64,000 bases of DNA. Source: a virus. The number at the start of each line of letters is the position of its first letter. Positions within the stretch are counted from its first letter, which is position 1. This document shows positions 47,201 through 56,217 of this stretch, one piece after another. Below the pieces are notes generated by a model, which saw only the letters and a program-made list of their open reading frames with translations, made no database searches and was not told the origin of the DNA. The position numbers and the translations under genes were made by a program. The DNA is taken from positions 62,160-126,159 of IMG/VR virus record IMGVR_UViG_3300007504_000003. One strand, 5' to 3'.

Positions 47201-48708
47201 CTGCTTCCAGCATCTACCTCCACGCGAACGGTGGCACCTCCGAGTCGATCACCCTCCACTCCGACCAGGGAACCGGGGCGGCCTCCATCGCCCTGCTCTC
47301 CGACGTGGGTGGGATCGACGTGGACGCCACCGCGGGTCCGATCGACGTCCTGGCGGGGACCACGCTGTCCGCCAAGGGTGCCGGTGGTGCCTCCTTCGGT
47401 GACGATGTGGGTACCTGGGAGTTCGACGGTGCGGGCGCGGTCTCCGAGACGGGCATGACCAGCCTCTCGGCTACGCCGAGCGGTGCGATCACCCTGACCG
47501 CTGGTGGTGCTTCCACCTGGAGCACCACCTCCGGTGCCCTGACCCTGACCTCCGCTGCTGCGGCTACCTGGAGCACCTCCGCTGGTGCCCTGAGCCTCGA
47601 CGGTGCGGGCGGCGTCAACATCGCTGGCAACGCGGGCGAGGTGGACGTCACCACTTCGGGTGCGGTGGATATCAACTCGGGTGCTGGTACCTGGGATGCG
47701 TCCACCCTGTCCCTGGACAGCACGGACAGCACCAACCTCACCATGACCGCGAACGACGGCTCCGCCAAGGTGCTGACCATCGCGGCGACCAACGGTGGGG
47801 CGGGTGAGGCTCAGATGAGCATCTCCGCCACCGACCAGCTCGATATCGGGGACGGCACTGCGACCCTGACCTTCGACGCTGGCGCGATCTCCGAGGCCGG
47901 TGCCACCAGCTTCAGCATGACCCCCTCCGGGGCGATCACGCTGACTGCCGGTGCTGCTTCGGTGTGGAGCGTGTCCTCCGGTGCCCTCGATATCGACTCC
48001 GCGGGTGCCCTGAGCCTCAACAGCTCGGCGGGCGTCATCAACGTCGGTAACGACGCTGTCAACCAGAACATCAACGTCGGAACCACGGGCACGCGGCAGA
48101 TCTCGGTGGGCTCCGCCTCCGCGACTGTCCACCTGACCTCCGGCGGCGGTGCGATGGCGGTGGACTCGACTGGTGGTGCCTCCACCTGGACCGTGGTGGA
48201 CAACACCGCGGACTCCCTCAAGGTGGCCGCCTCCGGCCAGGATCTCATGAGCTTCCACTCGACCAACTCCGCGGAGCTGGTCGAGTCGGTGGCCTACCTG
48301 GAGTGGGCCGCGGGTGCTGGTGTCCGTCTCTCCTCCGGTGCCGCCGTCACGGCGAGCTACGCCGTCTACATCGACACCACCGGTCGCGTCCAGCACTGCG
48401 ACCCCAACTCCGACGCTTCGGCTCGCTTCTTCGGCGTGTCCCTGGACGCGGCGGCGGGTGCCGGTGAGGCGGACAAGCGGGTCGTCTCTGAGGGTCTGGT
48501 GACGATGGAGTTCGACGGCACCGCCATCGTGGACGGTGACCGCGGCAAGCCGGTCTACCTGTCGGCCTCCACGGTCGGCAAGGTCTCGATCGACGTGCCC
48601 AGCGGCTCCGGTGACACCATCTTCCGCGTCGGCTACCTCCAGACGCGGAACAGCGACACTCAGGGCGTTGTCGCCCTCGACAAGCGGTTCGTTGGCAAGA
48701 TCGCGTAA
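44245..48708 (+). CDS. large virion (probably head) fibre protein
   Basis: about 1487 aa, G/A/S/T-rich with internal repeats (QLNDxIxLSLGSDDDL x2; GAITLTAGxAS x2); C-terminal cement-like domain; GTG start after GGAG. Confidence 0.75.
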   Translation: MANQTNNLLVMEHSSGAPSGITRTLGSSDDVVLSNYNSWTFSNNVVDFDAGLTLAASQSIVGDGALTLSGTSGDLTLSSVTSGDVIIDPAGDAIVKLAGTSSSDFFEVEDSADATVLKIAGDGTGQMGKSGATITISGNLTVSENFTVDGTTTTVNSTTLVVDDNLIVANSGPGASRDAGYMIQRWQDEVNDGTGDLSSDTAAETGTAQAGAASTITLAAGANASDDYYNGWYIKITNDTPTGIQNEIRKITDYVGATKIATVNTAWDAGSPTSSTTYALLDRPYMGVFYDESADEWVFGATASDPGAAAVTITDNVAVHVGGLTADDASTFAAAVTFSGGEKLISGGNLQLNDSITLSLGSDDDLSVMHNGGNAAFINTTGHMAFDNQVADKQIRFNLGSDDANSSFRVRSDDNTVVFQVDGGGAGAFSGSLDVDGASTFDQVTIDTSDGTFTVNGSGAMDVDVSSDFGAGLINSAGELLVSGGNVQLNDNIVLSLGSDDDLALKHTGSAGSMVNLTGDLTVDQQATTSSIILMLGDDAAGSSVQFQNNSAVALFKVDGDGDVAVSIAGQTTTVASALVVDENITLGSNASDTLTINADLASNLIPDADGTRDLGEAANAFRGLYLGEDANSGAYFGLDSNWRLWYDEGTADTFYIDGAASSPNTAGTALVLQGSHGGAGGGGSSAGLGGNVTLYSGDGGAGASGGANNPSAGGAMAFQSGSGGAGVASTHNGAAGGSLSITGGTGGAGAASQTSGAGGALTIQGGDAGAANGGTQGNGANLVLDGGAGATNGAVNVGPTNAASVGIGRSGITATVAGALTVTEASQFNSTVTVGVDDTGYDVIFYGATASAYMQWDESADNLILNGAAGFTFGTGVVIDDILDEDNMASDSATALATQQSIKAYVDSAVSGSDLDFAGDSGTGAVDLDSQTFTVDTGNGLTTAAASQTLTVSLDASNSVQTTWTGSSHSVTTAGGIDLVSTEDAASSIYLHANGGTSESITLHSDQGTGAASIALLSDVGGIDVDATAGPIDVLAGTTLSAKGAGGASFGDDVGTWEFDGAGAVSETGMTSLSATPSGAITLTAGGASTWSTTSGALTLTSAAAATWSTSAGALSLDGAGGVNIAGNAGEVDVTTSGAVDINSGAGTWDASTLSLDSTDSTNLTMTANDGSAKVLTIAATNGGAGEAQMSISATDQLDIGDGTATLTFDAGAISEAGATSFSMTPSGAITLTAGAASVWSVSSGALDIDSAGALSLNSSAGVINVGNDAVNQNINVGTTGTRQISVGSASATVHLTSGGGAMAVDSTGGASTWTVVDNTADSLKVAASGQDLMSFHSTNSAELVESVAYLEWAAGAGVRLSSGAAVTASYAVYIDTTGRVQHCDPNSDASARFFGVSLDAAAGAGEADKRVVSEGLVTMEFDGTAIVDGDRGKPVYLSASTVGKVSIDVPSGSGDTIFRVGYLQTRNSDTQGVVALDKRFVGKIA

Positions 48709-48722
48709 GTGATCTGACCTGA

Positions 48723-48801
48723 CGGGGGCTCCGGCCACGGAGCCCCCGCAGAACCACGGAGCCCCCGGTGAGCCTACAAAGTAGAGCGCGCCGGGGGCTC
48801 C
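48723..48801 (+). terminator. stem-loops after the fibre gene
   Basis: cgggggctcc/ggagcccccg (48723-48748) and ggagcccccgg/ccgggggctcc (48758-48801); no U tract. Confidence 0.5.
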
Positions 48802-48833
48802 TTGCTTGGTAGGGTGGGGCCGACTGAGGGAAT

Positions 48834-49202
48834 TTGATGGGCCGCGATATCGTAATTCAAGGAGAGCTTACCCAAGTCCGGATGGGCCTTGGTCAAGCCG
48901 TGTTGCGGTTGGTACACGTTGAAGAAATGTACCAACAGGGGATCCGGGTTCCGGAAGATCTCGTCAACGAGAGGAAGCTGATCGTCGCAGCCCTGGACCA
49001 GTTTGAACTGGACCTGGGATTTGATTGCGACGGCGATGGGGTGGTAGACGTTGCTCCAGATGTGACCATCTTCAAGCAATCCGCGGAGACTTCTTGCTGC
49101 CGGATTCTTCCCCGGGACTACAGCAAGCGAGCGACAAAGACCGGGGCGAAGGCTGGGAAACCTCGTCGGCTTCGCCGCACCAAACCAAAGGTGGGTGGCT
49201 GA
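48834..49202 (+). CDS. hypothetical protein
   Basis: 122-aa ORF coupled to the next gene. Confidence 0.5.
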   Translation: MMGRDIVIQGELTQVRMGLGQAVLRLVHVEEMYQQGIRVPEDLVNERKLIVAALDQFELDLGFDCDGDGVVDVAPDVTIFKQSAETSCCRILPRDYSKRATKTGAKAGKPRRLRRTKPKVGG

Positions 49203-49573
49203 TGCCTACTGCTCTACACCTTCTTCTGATGTACGGGCTGTGCTTCGGCTTCCAGAATAAGCTGCCTTTCCTTCATGGAAAGGCAGCCCTGCTGGATCGG
49301 CTGCTTCACTGCTCCTACTGCACCGGCTTCCATAGCGGCTGGATAGCGTGGTTGTTCTCGGTCGGCGTCGCCTGGGAGCTTCCCACGACGACGGTTCAGG
49401 GGAGCCTATTGTCGGTCTTGACCTGGGCTTTCATCGGTGCTGCGACTTGCTACATTCTGGACGTGGTAGTGCAGTGGCTAGAGGTCTTTCAAGCCACCGC
49501 CCGGGACTATGTCCAGGTAATCGCCGCCTCGAATGGTATCGAATTTGAGGAGGGTGCGGACACAGGTGATTAA
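49202..49573 (+). CDS. DUF1360-like membrane protein
   Basis: CSYCTGFHSGW and hydrophobic helices. Confidence 0.55.
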   Translation: MPTALHLLLMYGLCFGFQNKLPFLHGKAALLDRLLHCSYCTGFHSGWIAWLFSVGVAWELPTTTVQGSLLSVLTWAFIGAATCYILDVVVQWLEVFQATARDYVQVIAASNGIEFEEGADTGD

Positions 49574-49871
49574 CGTCAACGTACCTATTGAGGTACCCGA
49601 TGACCTAGCTGTCGGGACTACGGCGAACTCTATTCGCATTCTTCCGGATGCTGGAGGAGAAGTTCTTCTGGACTTCTGTGTGTTCTCTGCTCAGGCCCAG
49701 CGAGCAGTGGTGGTCAGCCGGATACGAATCCAGAAGGGCTTCCTCGCGGTGCTCTTCAAGAAGCTCGCGACGATTGTCCAACCTCCCTCTCCCCCTCGGA
49801 TAGATGCAAACAGCGGCGTGCTCTCCGATGGCAGGATTCTCCTGGTGAAAACGCCAGAGGAAGAGAACTAA
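49566..49871 (+). CDS. hypothetical protein
   Basis: operon-coupled ORF, GTG start inferred. Confidence 0.5.
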   Translation: MINVNVPIEVPDDLAVGTTANSIRILPDAGGEVLLDFCVFSAQAQRAVVVSRIRIQKGFLAVLFKKLATIVQPPSPPRIDANSGVLSDGRILLVKTPEEEN

Positions 49872-50056
49872 AGGGTGAAGTCGATGATGACCACACCGCG
49901 CTTAGGCTGGTCGCTCTGAGGGTCCCGGCCTTTTCGCTCGTGATCCCGGTCGGTTCTGGGGGCTTCAATGTAGAGAGGGATCTGAGCCGGAGTCCGCTCT
50001 TCCTCTTGACGGCGGCGACGTTCCTCGATGATCTTCCAGGGGATCTGCTGAGTCAT
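49868..50056 (-). CDS. small hypothetical protein
   Basis: RBS AGGAG; variant TCGTAT promoter motif upstream. Confidence 0.55.
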   Translation of the reverse strand: MTQQIPWKIIEERRRRQEEERTPAQIPLYIEAPRTDRDHERKGRDPQSDQPKRGVVIIDFTL

Positions 50057-50181
50057 GGTCGTTCTCCTACCCCTAGATACGAATAGGAAAGCCTTCTTAC
50101 CGGTTTTTTCTTCTGATGTTGGGTAGAGTGGGCCTGTTTATGTACGCAGCCGGGGACTAAGTCCCCCTTACTGGAGACTTT

Positions 50182-51285
50182 ATGGCGACCCGCAAGTTCC
50201 GAGCAGTCAGCAACATCCACCTCGGATCTCGTGAGACTTACATTCAGGAAGGCGAGGTGCTGGATTGGGATGGTCGTTCGGTCACCCAGCATGGGGAGCC
50301 AGTTCAGGGGCTCCCTTCCCGTAGCTTTGAGGCTGGTATTAAGGCCGGCATGTTCGTCTTGGTCGAGGACACCACGACAACGTACAGGGCTCGCCCTGCC
50401 GACGTCCGGATTGGCCCGGCTCAGTCGGCGGGGTCGAAAGACCGGGTTCGCACGATGAAGATCCAGACGGTTGAGTCTGACGAGCGAGTGGTGGGCACCC
50501 ACAGTCAGTTCAGCGATCACCGGAAGGAGATGGAGCGGACTGGCGGCCGTAAGAAGATGAAGATCGTGGTGACGGACGGGGTGGACCAGCACGGGAACTC
50601 TATCGCTGGTCTGGAGCCCCAGGAGGGAGAGCTGGTCGGGAAGCTCCGGCCTGCGGTGATGACCACGGACGTGTCCTCTGCCGACTACCACCGTGAATTG
50701 CGGCGGACGAATCCCATCGAGGGTTCGGGTCTGGAGGTGGAGAGGGTGGCTGCGGACCCCGTGCCCGACAAGACCCGGTACACGGGAGACGTTTCCCGTC
50801 CGGTGGCGGGGGATTCCCTGCGAGACATTTTCTCGCAGGCGGACGCGGCTGTCGGGCACACCCCTGAGCCTGGACTGGCCGGAACCGGGCCCGAGGTTCA
50901 CGATCTCAAGGCGAAGGCAGCCAGGGCGGCGGCGACTGCCGCGAGGGCTGCTGCTGAAGCTGCCGCAGCTCAGGCGGAGGCTGTTCGTCTGGAGGCGGAA
51001 GCTCTCGCTCAGGAAGCCGCTGCGCTGGAGGCCGCTCGCCGGCAGGAGGCCGATGCAGTCTCCTCTCTCCCGGATGACGAGGAAGAGGTCACCAGCGCGG
51101 CGATTCAGGATGCGAAGTTCCAGGCGGCTCGGTCGTTCCTCCCGGACTTTGAGTGGGATATGGGGAGGCACTGGCGGACTCGGGTTTCCGCAGCCCTGAA
51201 GGCGGACTCGACGACTCTCCTCGCCATCATGGCGGTGGAGTCCGACACCGTGAAGCGGCACGTTCAGGCGGCTCTGGACCGCTAA
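50182..51285 (+). CDS. hypothetical structural/assembly protein
   Basis: 367 aa with an Ala/Glu-rich helix. Confidence 0.6.
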   Translation: MATRKFRAVSNIHLGSRETYIQEGEVLDWDGRSVTQHGEPVQGLPSRSFEAGIKAGMFVLVEDTTTTYRARPADVRIGPAQSAGSKDRVRTMKIQTVESDERVVGTHSQFSDHRKEMERTGGRKKMKIVVTDGVDQHGNSIAGLEPQEGELVGKLRPAVMTTDVSSADYHRELRRTNPIEGSGLEVERVAADPVPDKTRYTGDVSRPVAGDSLRDIFSQADAAVGHTPEPGLAGTGPEVHDLKAKAARAAATAARAAAEAAAAQAEAVRLEAEALAQEAAALEAARRQEADAVSSLPDDEEEVTSAAIQDAKFQAARSFLPDFEWDMGRHWRTRVSAALKADSTTLLAIMAVESDTVKRHVQAALDR

Positions 51286-51330
51286 GAGTCGGTGTCCTGC
51301 CTATAGCAGTCGCTCGTGTGAGGACTGCTG

Positions 51331-52320
51331 ATGCGAGACCGTCAATCTTCTTACCAAGCTGAGTGGTCCCTCCTGATGGGAGGGATCGCTCAAGCTCGTC
51401 TGGAAGCTCATCGGATCCGGCATCTACTCCAACGAGCCCGGGACCTTGTGGACCGATCGGAGCAGAAAGAAGCCATTTATCAGGCAGCCGGGGATATTCT
51501 CCAAGCCCTTCCGACACGTTGGACTCGCATGGAGAATCATCTGGACAGGACCGCTTACGGTCTGATGGTTCTCGGAGAAGGGAACTTCCGAGACCGACTC
51601 CCGATGGATGACCGAGCTGTTGTGGATGGGGGTCTCCACAAGGGCAAGTCTTTGATGGCTACCCGGGTCGCTGCCCGGTGGTTGTCTGGTCGGTACACCC
51701 CGCTGCCGCAGGATATGAGCGGCTGGCTCCCGGGACAGGTCCACAAGGAGGAGAAGCCCCTACTCCCCCAGGCAGCAGAAGACCCCCAGCTAGGTTGGCC
51801 TGGAGGCCCCTGTCATCTGGTTCATAGGATTCACTACCGCGTCAGGAACCCCGACCTTCGGGAGCGGCTGACGGAGCAGGTGGAGTGGGCGGGGAAGCTC
51901 GATAAGGCTGATGAGCGGAAGGTTTATGACCCGATCCGGATTCCAGGGATCGGGTCGCTTCGGGACATTGAGCTGGTCCCCCATGCCCAGCACCGGATGG
52001 ATCAGAGGTCCATTATCCAGAATGATATCCGTCTGACCCTGCGTGATTGGTTGAAGAAGTGGGCCCAGGGGAAAAGCCTCGCGGGTCAGCCGGTGCGGAA
52101 GCCAAAGCTGAAGAAGCTTCTTCAGCAATTTGAGGCGTGGAATCAGGAGATCCGCTGGAGGCAGCCTATCGAGTACCTCGACCCGCAGACCAATATCTTT
52201 CTGGTCTTCCTGGTGGGTCTGGACAGTCGAGGGACTCCCGTAGCGGCGAAGGTGGTGACTGCATACTGGCGTGGGGTCTCCGACCCGCGACCCCCCGGAG
52301 GCGGAACATGTCCGGCTTGA
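51331..52320 (+). CDS. RVAARWL-tagged protein with C-terminal DUF4258/RelE-like domain
   Basis: RVAARWL at 51664; VPHAQHRMDQRSI...KVVTAYW. Confidence 0.55.
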   Translation: MRDRQSSYQAEWSLLMGGIAQARLEAHRIRHLLQRARDLVDRSEQKEAIYQAAGDILQALPTRWTRMENHLDRTAYGLMVLGEGNFRDRLPMDDRAVVDGGLHKGKSLMATRVAARWLSGRYTPLPQDMSGWLPGQVHKEEKPLLPQAAEDPQLGWPGGPCHLVHRIHYRVRNPDLRERLTEQVEWAGKLDKADERKVYDPIRIPGIGSLRDIELVPHAQHRMDQRSIIQNDIRLTLRDWLKKWAQGKSLAGQPVRKPKLKKLLQQFEAWNQEIRWRQPIEYLDPQTNIFLVFLVGLDSRGTPVAAKVVTAYWRGVSDPRPPGGGTCPA

Positions 52321-53780
52321 CCCACCTGGAACTCCCCCAGGGGAAGCAGGAGCACTTGGACAGTGCCCTGCCTTTGAAAGACACCCCGGAGTCCGTGCGA
52401 GAGCTGCCCTCCCAGGAATACAACACCCCTGATGGGGAGTCCACTGAGCGGGTCAAGCCCGCGTTGCCTGATGACGAGCGAGATTCGATTAGGGATTACA
52501 AGCTGTTGAACGCCCGGCAGGCAGCCCTGTACAGCCCGCGTATGCGGTGGAAGAAGCAGCGACGCCAGAGAGGGCGGCAGAAGATCAAGGATCGCAGGCG
52601 GTACATGAGGAATCGCCGCCGGACTCTACAGAAGTCCAAGCTGCGGTATCGTCGCATCAAGAACAACCCGCAGTTCAAGCGGAGGAATCTCCTCCGAAGG
52701 AAGAACCCCAACCGGTACAAGCGGCGGACCTCTTCGGCCTTGATTCCTGAAATTGGCTTCGTCGTGGGGCCTGACCTCCAGCCGGGTTTTGTCCGGGATA
52801 TCAGCTCCCTGACGGGACAGGTGAACGTCATGGTGGGGAGTCAGAGCTACTCTCTGCCCCCTATGTCCCTGCTCTCTTCTGTGGTCTTCATGGACGAGTC
52901 GGGCATGGAAGAGATGTTCCGGCTCATTGACGAGGTTGTCGGAGAGGCGGCTTACGAGGATCTCTGCCCTGAAGACATTCACGGGACGGCAGATCTCTTC
53001 AGTGTCCCCTGGGATGACGATTCCGAATTCATGGCGACGTGTGAGCGTCTGACGGGTCAGCGTCACCTCGATGACATGACCGTGGAAGACCTGGAAGCTG
53101 TGGAGGACGGGCTCCTGAATGGGGCCTTTCAGGGCAAGCCGCTCCAAGCCTACTGGAGAGTCGCAGGAGAAATCTTCCTGGTAGATAAGGAGCCCACGCC
53201 GTCTATCCGCCCGGATGACGAGTCCGAGAGAAACTCGCCGGCTGATATCCCTGAGGTAGACGATTCCGATTGGCCGCCCTCTACCGTGAAGGAGCCGGCT
53301 TGGAGGAAGCAGGCAGCTACCATTCAGGAGATTCTGGACGGTACGAGCCGTGATATCCATACGCGGTCTTCACGAGTCCGCTGGCGGTTGAGTCGTGCTG
53401 ATCCCAAGCGGGCGATCTGGACTTTCCAGGTTCAAGGCTCGTCGGATACCTACACCGTTCGGGTGCGTGGCGTTCAGCAAAAGAAGGGGGCCAGCCTCGG
53501 GGCTGGGCAGGTCCAGGTAAGCTGCTCGTGTCCTTTTTTCCGTTGGCAGGGGCCGGAACACCACGCCAGCGTGAATCGGTATCTGTATGGGCGCCCCCAG
53601 GGCACGGCGTCCAAGCCCGCAGCGAAGGATCCTGGTAGCCGCCATTGGGCTTGCAAGCATGTGGTAGCCGTGCTCCGGGTCGCTTCCAAGTATCGAATGG
53701 CTTCTGAGCGGCTGGTGTTTTCCGAGCCTACTGAGGTCGTCCCCGCACCTCCCCAGGTAAGGTCAGGTCATCGGGAGTAG
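52308..53780 (+). CDS. multidomain protein with Arg-rich segment and C-terminal SWIM zinc finger
   Basis: VSCSCPFF...CKHVVAVL; RQAA and KQAA sites. Confidence 0.6.
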   Translation: MSGLTHLELPQGKQEHLDSALPLKDTPESVRELPSQEYNTPDGESTERVKPALPDDERDSIRDYKLLNARQAALYSPRMRWKKQRRQRGRQKIKDRRRYMRNRRRTLQKSKLRYRRIKNNPQFKRRNLLRRKNPNRYKRRTSSALIPEIGFVVGPDLQPGFVRDISSLTGQVNVMVGSQSYSLPPMSLLSSVVFMDESGMEEMFRLIDEVVGEAAYEDLCPEDIHGTADLFSVPWDDDSEFMATCERLTGQRHLDDMTVEDLEAVEDGLLNGAFQGKPLQAYWRVAGEIFLVDKEPTPSIRPDDESERNSPADIPEVDDSDWPPSTVKEPAWRKQAATIQEILDGTSRDIHTRSSRVRWRLSRADPKRAIWTFQVQGSSDTYTVRVRGVQQKKGASLGAGQVQVSCSCPFFRWQGPEHHASVNRYLYGRPQGTASKPAAKDPGSRHWACKHVVAVLRVASKYRMASERLVFSEPTEVVPAPPQVRSGHRE

Positions 53781-53782
53781 CC

Positions 53783-54193
53783 ATGCCTATCTACGAATTC
53801 ACTTGTGACCCCTGCGATCAGGACTTCGATCTGGTCATGCGTATGTCTGAGTACAGCCGGGACCAGAAGTGTCCGGAGTGCGGTGCTGACGCGAGACGAG
53901 TTATTCGGACCTCGGTGAATTTCAATCTCCCTGGGGACGATTGGGCGACGAAGAACAATCGCCTCCGCGGGCAGATGAAGAAGAGGACTGATCACTTCAA
54001 GAGGAAGACGGAGGAGCAGAAGAGGGACGCACCTCCGGTGACCCTCGCACCCAATGTAGACGGCGAGCGAACGGACACCTGGGTGGAGGCTCGGAAGCTC
54101 GCGGCTTCCAAGGGGAAGGATCCCAGCTCCTATGACAAGATGGTTAAGAAGGAGCAGGAGAAGAAAAACTGGAAGCGGATTGAGGTGACCTGA
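53783..54193 (+). CDS. FmdB-family zinc ribbon protein
   Basis: MPIYEFTCDPC...CPECG. Confidence 0.8.
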   Translation: MPIYEFTCDPCDQDFDLVMRMSEYSRDQKCPECGADARRVIRTSVNFNLPGDDWATKNNRLRGQMKKRTDHFKRKTEEQKRDAPPVTLAPNVDGERTDTWVEARKLAASKGKDPSSYDKMVKKEQEKKNWKRIEVT

Positions 54194-54885
54194 TGGCGAC
54201 GACACCCGGATTGATCAGCAGGCAGCCCAACCGCGTGGACCTCCTGTTCCTTCACACGGACGATGTGACGGCGTGGAGGCTGTCTGCCTCAGACACGCTC
54301 ACGGGAGCCTTTTCCTCGACTACAGCCTTTCTCACGGTAGAAAGGGGTTTCTCTTATCGCTCCGTCTCTCTCCGTAAGCGGGGGATTCGGATTGAGGACA
54401 CCAGCCAGCGGAAGGGCACCCGGGTCCTGTTTGACCCTGCGGATTTTGAGGACCCGGGCAACAACATCCCCGGAGACACCTTCCTCTGGTACATCCGGGT
54501 GGAAGAGAGAAACGCTGCTGGAGTGTGGCGTCCGAAGGGCCCTATCTGGATTCTCCCGACCAGCGACTTCTTCGCGGTGGAAGCTCCTTCCTTGATCCTG
54601 GCGGGGACGGCTCCTGCTGCCGCTCTAGGGGCCCGAGGGACGCCTCCAGCCGGAGCCATGCACGTCGTCATGCCCCGACCCGTGGGCACGGTGGTTATCT
54701 CCAACACGGGGGGCGATATTCTGAAGATCGGTACCAACCCTGGTCAGCCGATGACTCAGACGGCTGCTGGCAGCGAGACCACTCTCTTCGACGCGGACGA
54801 CCGCCAGTTTTTCTTCTGCGTGGACCACGCCTCCAATACGACGACATTCACCGCCTATGTGATTTTGACCAATGGGGTCATCTGA
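54193..54885 (+). CDS. putative virion structural protein
   Basis: beta-rich, in structural operon. Confidence 0.5.
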   Translation: MATTPGLISRQPNRVDLLFLHTDDVTAWRLSASDTLTGAFSSTTAFLTVERGFSYRSVSLRKRGIRIEDTSQRKGTRVLFDPADFEDPGNNIPGDTFLWYIRVEERNAAGVWRPKGPIWILPTSDFFAVEAPSLILAGTAPAAALGARGTPPAGAMHVVMPRPVGTVVISNTGGDILKIGTNPGQPMTQTAAGSETTLFDADDRQFFFCVDHASNTTTFTAYVILTNGVI

Positions 54886-54926
54886 GTCGGTAGAGTCCGG
54901 GACCCGAAGCTCCATAGAAGGATCCC

Positions 54927-55169
54927 ATGCCTGACGACCCCAAGCAGGGTCAGTACCGTACTGCTGACCTCTATTTCGCGGCCTTTCTTCGCCTATCCAA
55001 AGTCACCCTCTTGGACGTTGTCCGGACAGGACGGACGGCTCATTTCATTTTTGAGCGGTTGGACGGTCTCCCTGCTTTGAAGATGGATTATTACAATCGA
55101 CGGGCCCGCGTTGACCCCTTGACCTATACGGATGAGATCAAGGCAATGAAGACCCTGGTTCACAGGTGA
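54927..55169 (+). CDS. DUF5659-like small protein
   Basis: YRTADLYFAAFL...FIFE...YTDEIKAMK. Confidence 0.55.
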   Translation: MPDDPKQGQYRTADLYFAAFLRLSKVTLLDVVRTGRTAHFIFERLDGLPALKMDYYNRRARVDPLTYTDEIKAMKTLVHR

Positions 55170-55237
55170 AGAAGTCCTGTTGCCGGTGGAAGAAGAAGCC
55201 GAAGCCCAAGGTGGTTCGGCAGTCGGATCTGAAACGG

Positions 55238-55249
55238 TAGGGCTCCTAT
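55238..55249 (+). promoter_or_regulatory. putative late promoter of the neck gene
   Basis: TAG-ggctc-CTAT. Confidence 0.55.
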
Positions 55250-55277
55250 GGTCCCTGCGTAGCAGGAGGTCGTACCC

Positions 55278-56171
55278 GTGTCTGTTGTCTTTTCTCCTGG
55301 TCAGACGCTCGGGCGTGGCGACCTGGACATGTTCCTGAGCAACGCCAATGGCAACGCGGCGAATGCTTATTCGATCACCTACGCCATCTATTATGTGGAC
55401 CCGGACACTTCCGCGGAAGTGCTGATCGGGTCCGCGACTCGGACACCGGTAAACCCCGCCGTCGGGGAGTATTACGCCTCTCTCCAGGTCCCGACGACTT
55501 CGCTGGCTGGGGATTACCGCATTCGGTGGACCTTCGCGGAATTCTCCTCCTCGCCTAGCCAGCAGGTCGTTCAGGAATGGGCTGTAGTCGCCAGCTCCCA
55601 GCTCTCGTCAGCTACCTATACGACGAGTGAGCAGATGATGATCGATAAGCTCAGGATCCTTCTAAGGGACGGGAATCCGGACAGAAATTATAAATTCCGG
55701 CCCCCAGAGCATGAGGGGGATATCAACGCCTACAACCAAGTTTTCGGGTTCGTCTGGGAAGACTCCGAGCTGTACGAGTACCTGGGGATGGCTCTGGACA
55801 TGTGGAACCTGTCCCCGCCGGAGACCGAGAATCTCTGCTCGCTGGACAAGCTGGTTTCCCAGAAGGCGGTTTGGAAGACCCCGGTGATCTGGGGCGCCGT
55901 CTACCACGCCCTGCTCGCTCTCGCGATAAATTGGGTCCACGACGAGTTCGACTACTCCATCGGCGGGGTCTCCCTCTCCATCGAGAAGTCGTCGAAGTAC
56001 GAGTCCCTGAAGCAGAACGCTGAACAGCAGTTTGAGAAAGCCACCGAGGCCAAGCAGCGGACGACCAAGTTTCTGAGGGGCATCCGCCAACCCAGGTTTG
56101 GTGCAGGAGCCCGTTCGGCTTTCGGCCCCTACGTGGGTCGGAACGTTATGAGCCCGAGGAAATTCCTTTGA
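55278..56171 (+). CDS. putative head-tail adaptor/neck protein with N-terminal Ig-like domain
   Basis: IDKLRILLRD, WEDSELYEYL, EFDYSIGGVSLSIEKSSKY. Confidence 0.55.
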   Translation: MSVVFSPGQTLGRGDLDMFLSNANGNAANAYSITYAIYYVDPDTSAEVLIGSATRTPVNPAVGEYYASLQVPTTSLAGDYRIRWTFAEFSSSPSQQVVQEWAVVASSQLSSATYTTSEQMMIDKLRILLRDGNPDRNYKFRPPEHEGDINAYNQVFGFVWEDSELYEYLGMALDMWNLSPPETENLCSLDKLVSQKAVWKTPVIWGAVYHALLALAINWVHDEFDYSIGGVSLSIEKSSKYESLKQNAEQQFEKATEAKQRTTKFLRGIRQPRFGAGARSAFGPYVGRNVMSPRKFL

Positions 56172-56183
56172 GGTTTTTCGGTC

Positions 56184-56212
56184 TTGACGTGGGGAGTAGC
56201 GTACTGTAAAGT
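56184..56212 (+). promoter_or_regulatory. sigma70-type promoter
   Basis: TTGACG-N17-TAAAGT, 5 nt before the ATG (near-leaderless). Confidence 0.7.
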
Positions 56213-56217
56213 GGGGT

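Noticed and set aside
44080-48738. 1552-aa ORF on the minus strand
   Set aside because: Antisense shadow of the fibre gene; strong codon bias in high-GC DNA removes stops on the opposite strand, and the translation has no protein-like motifs.
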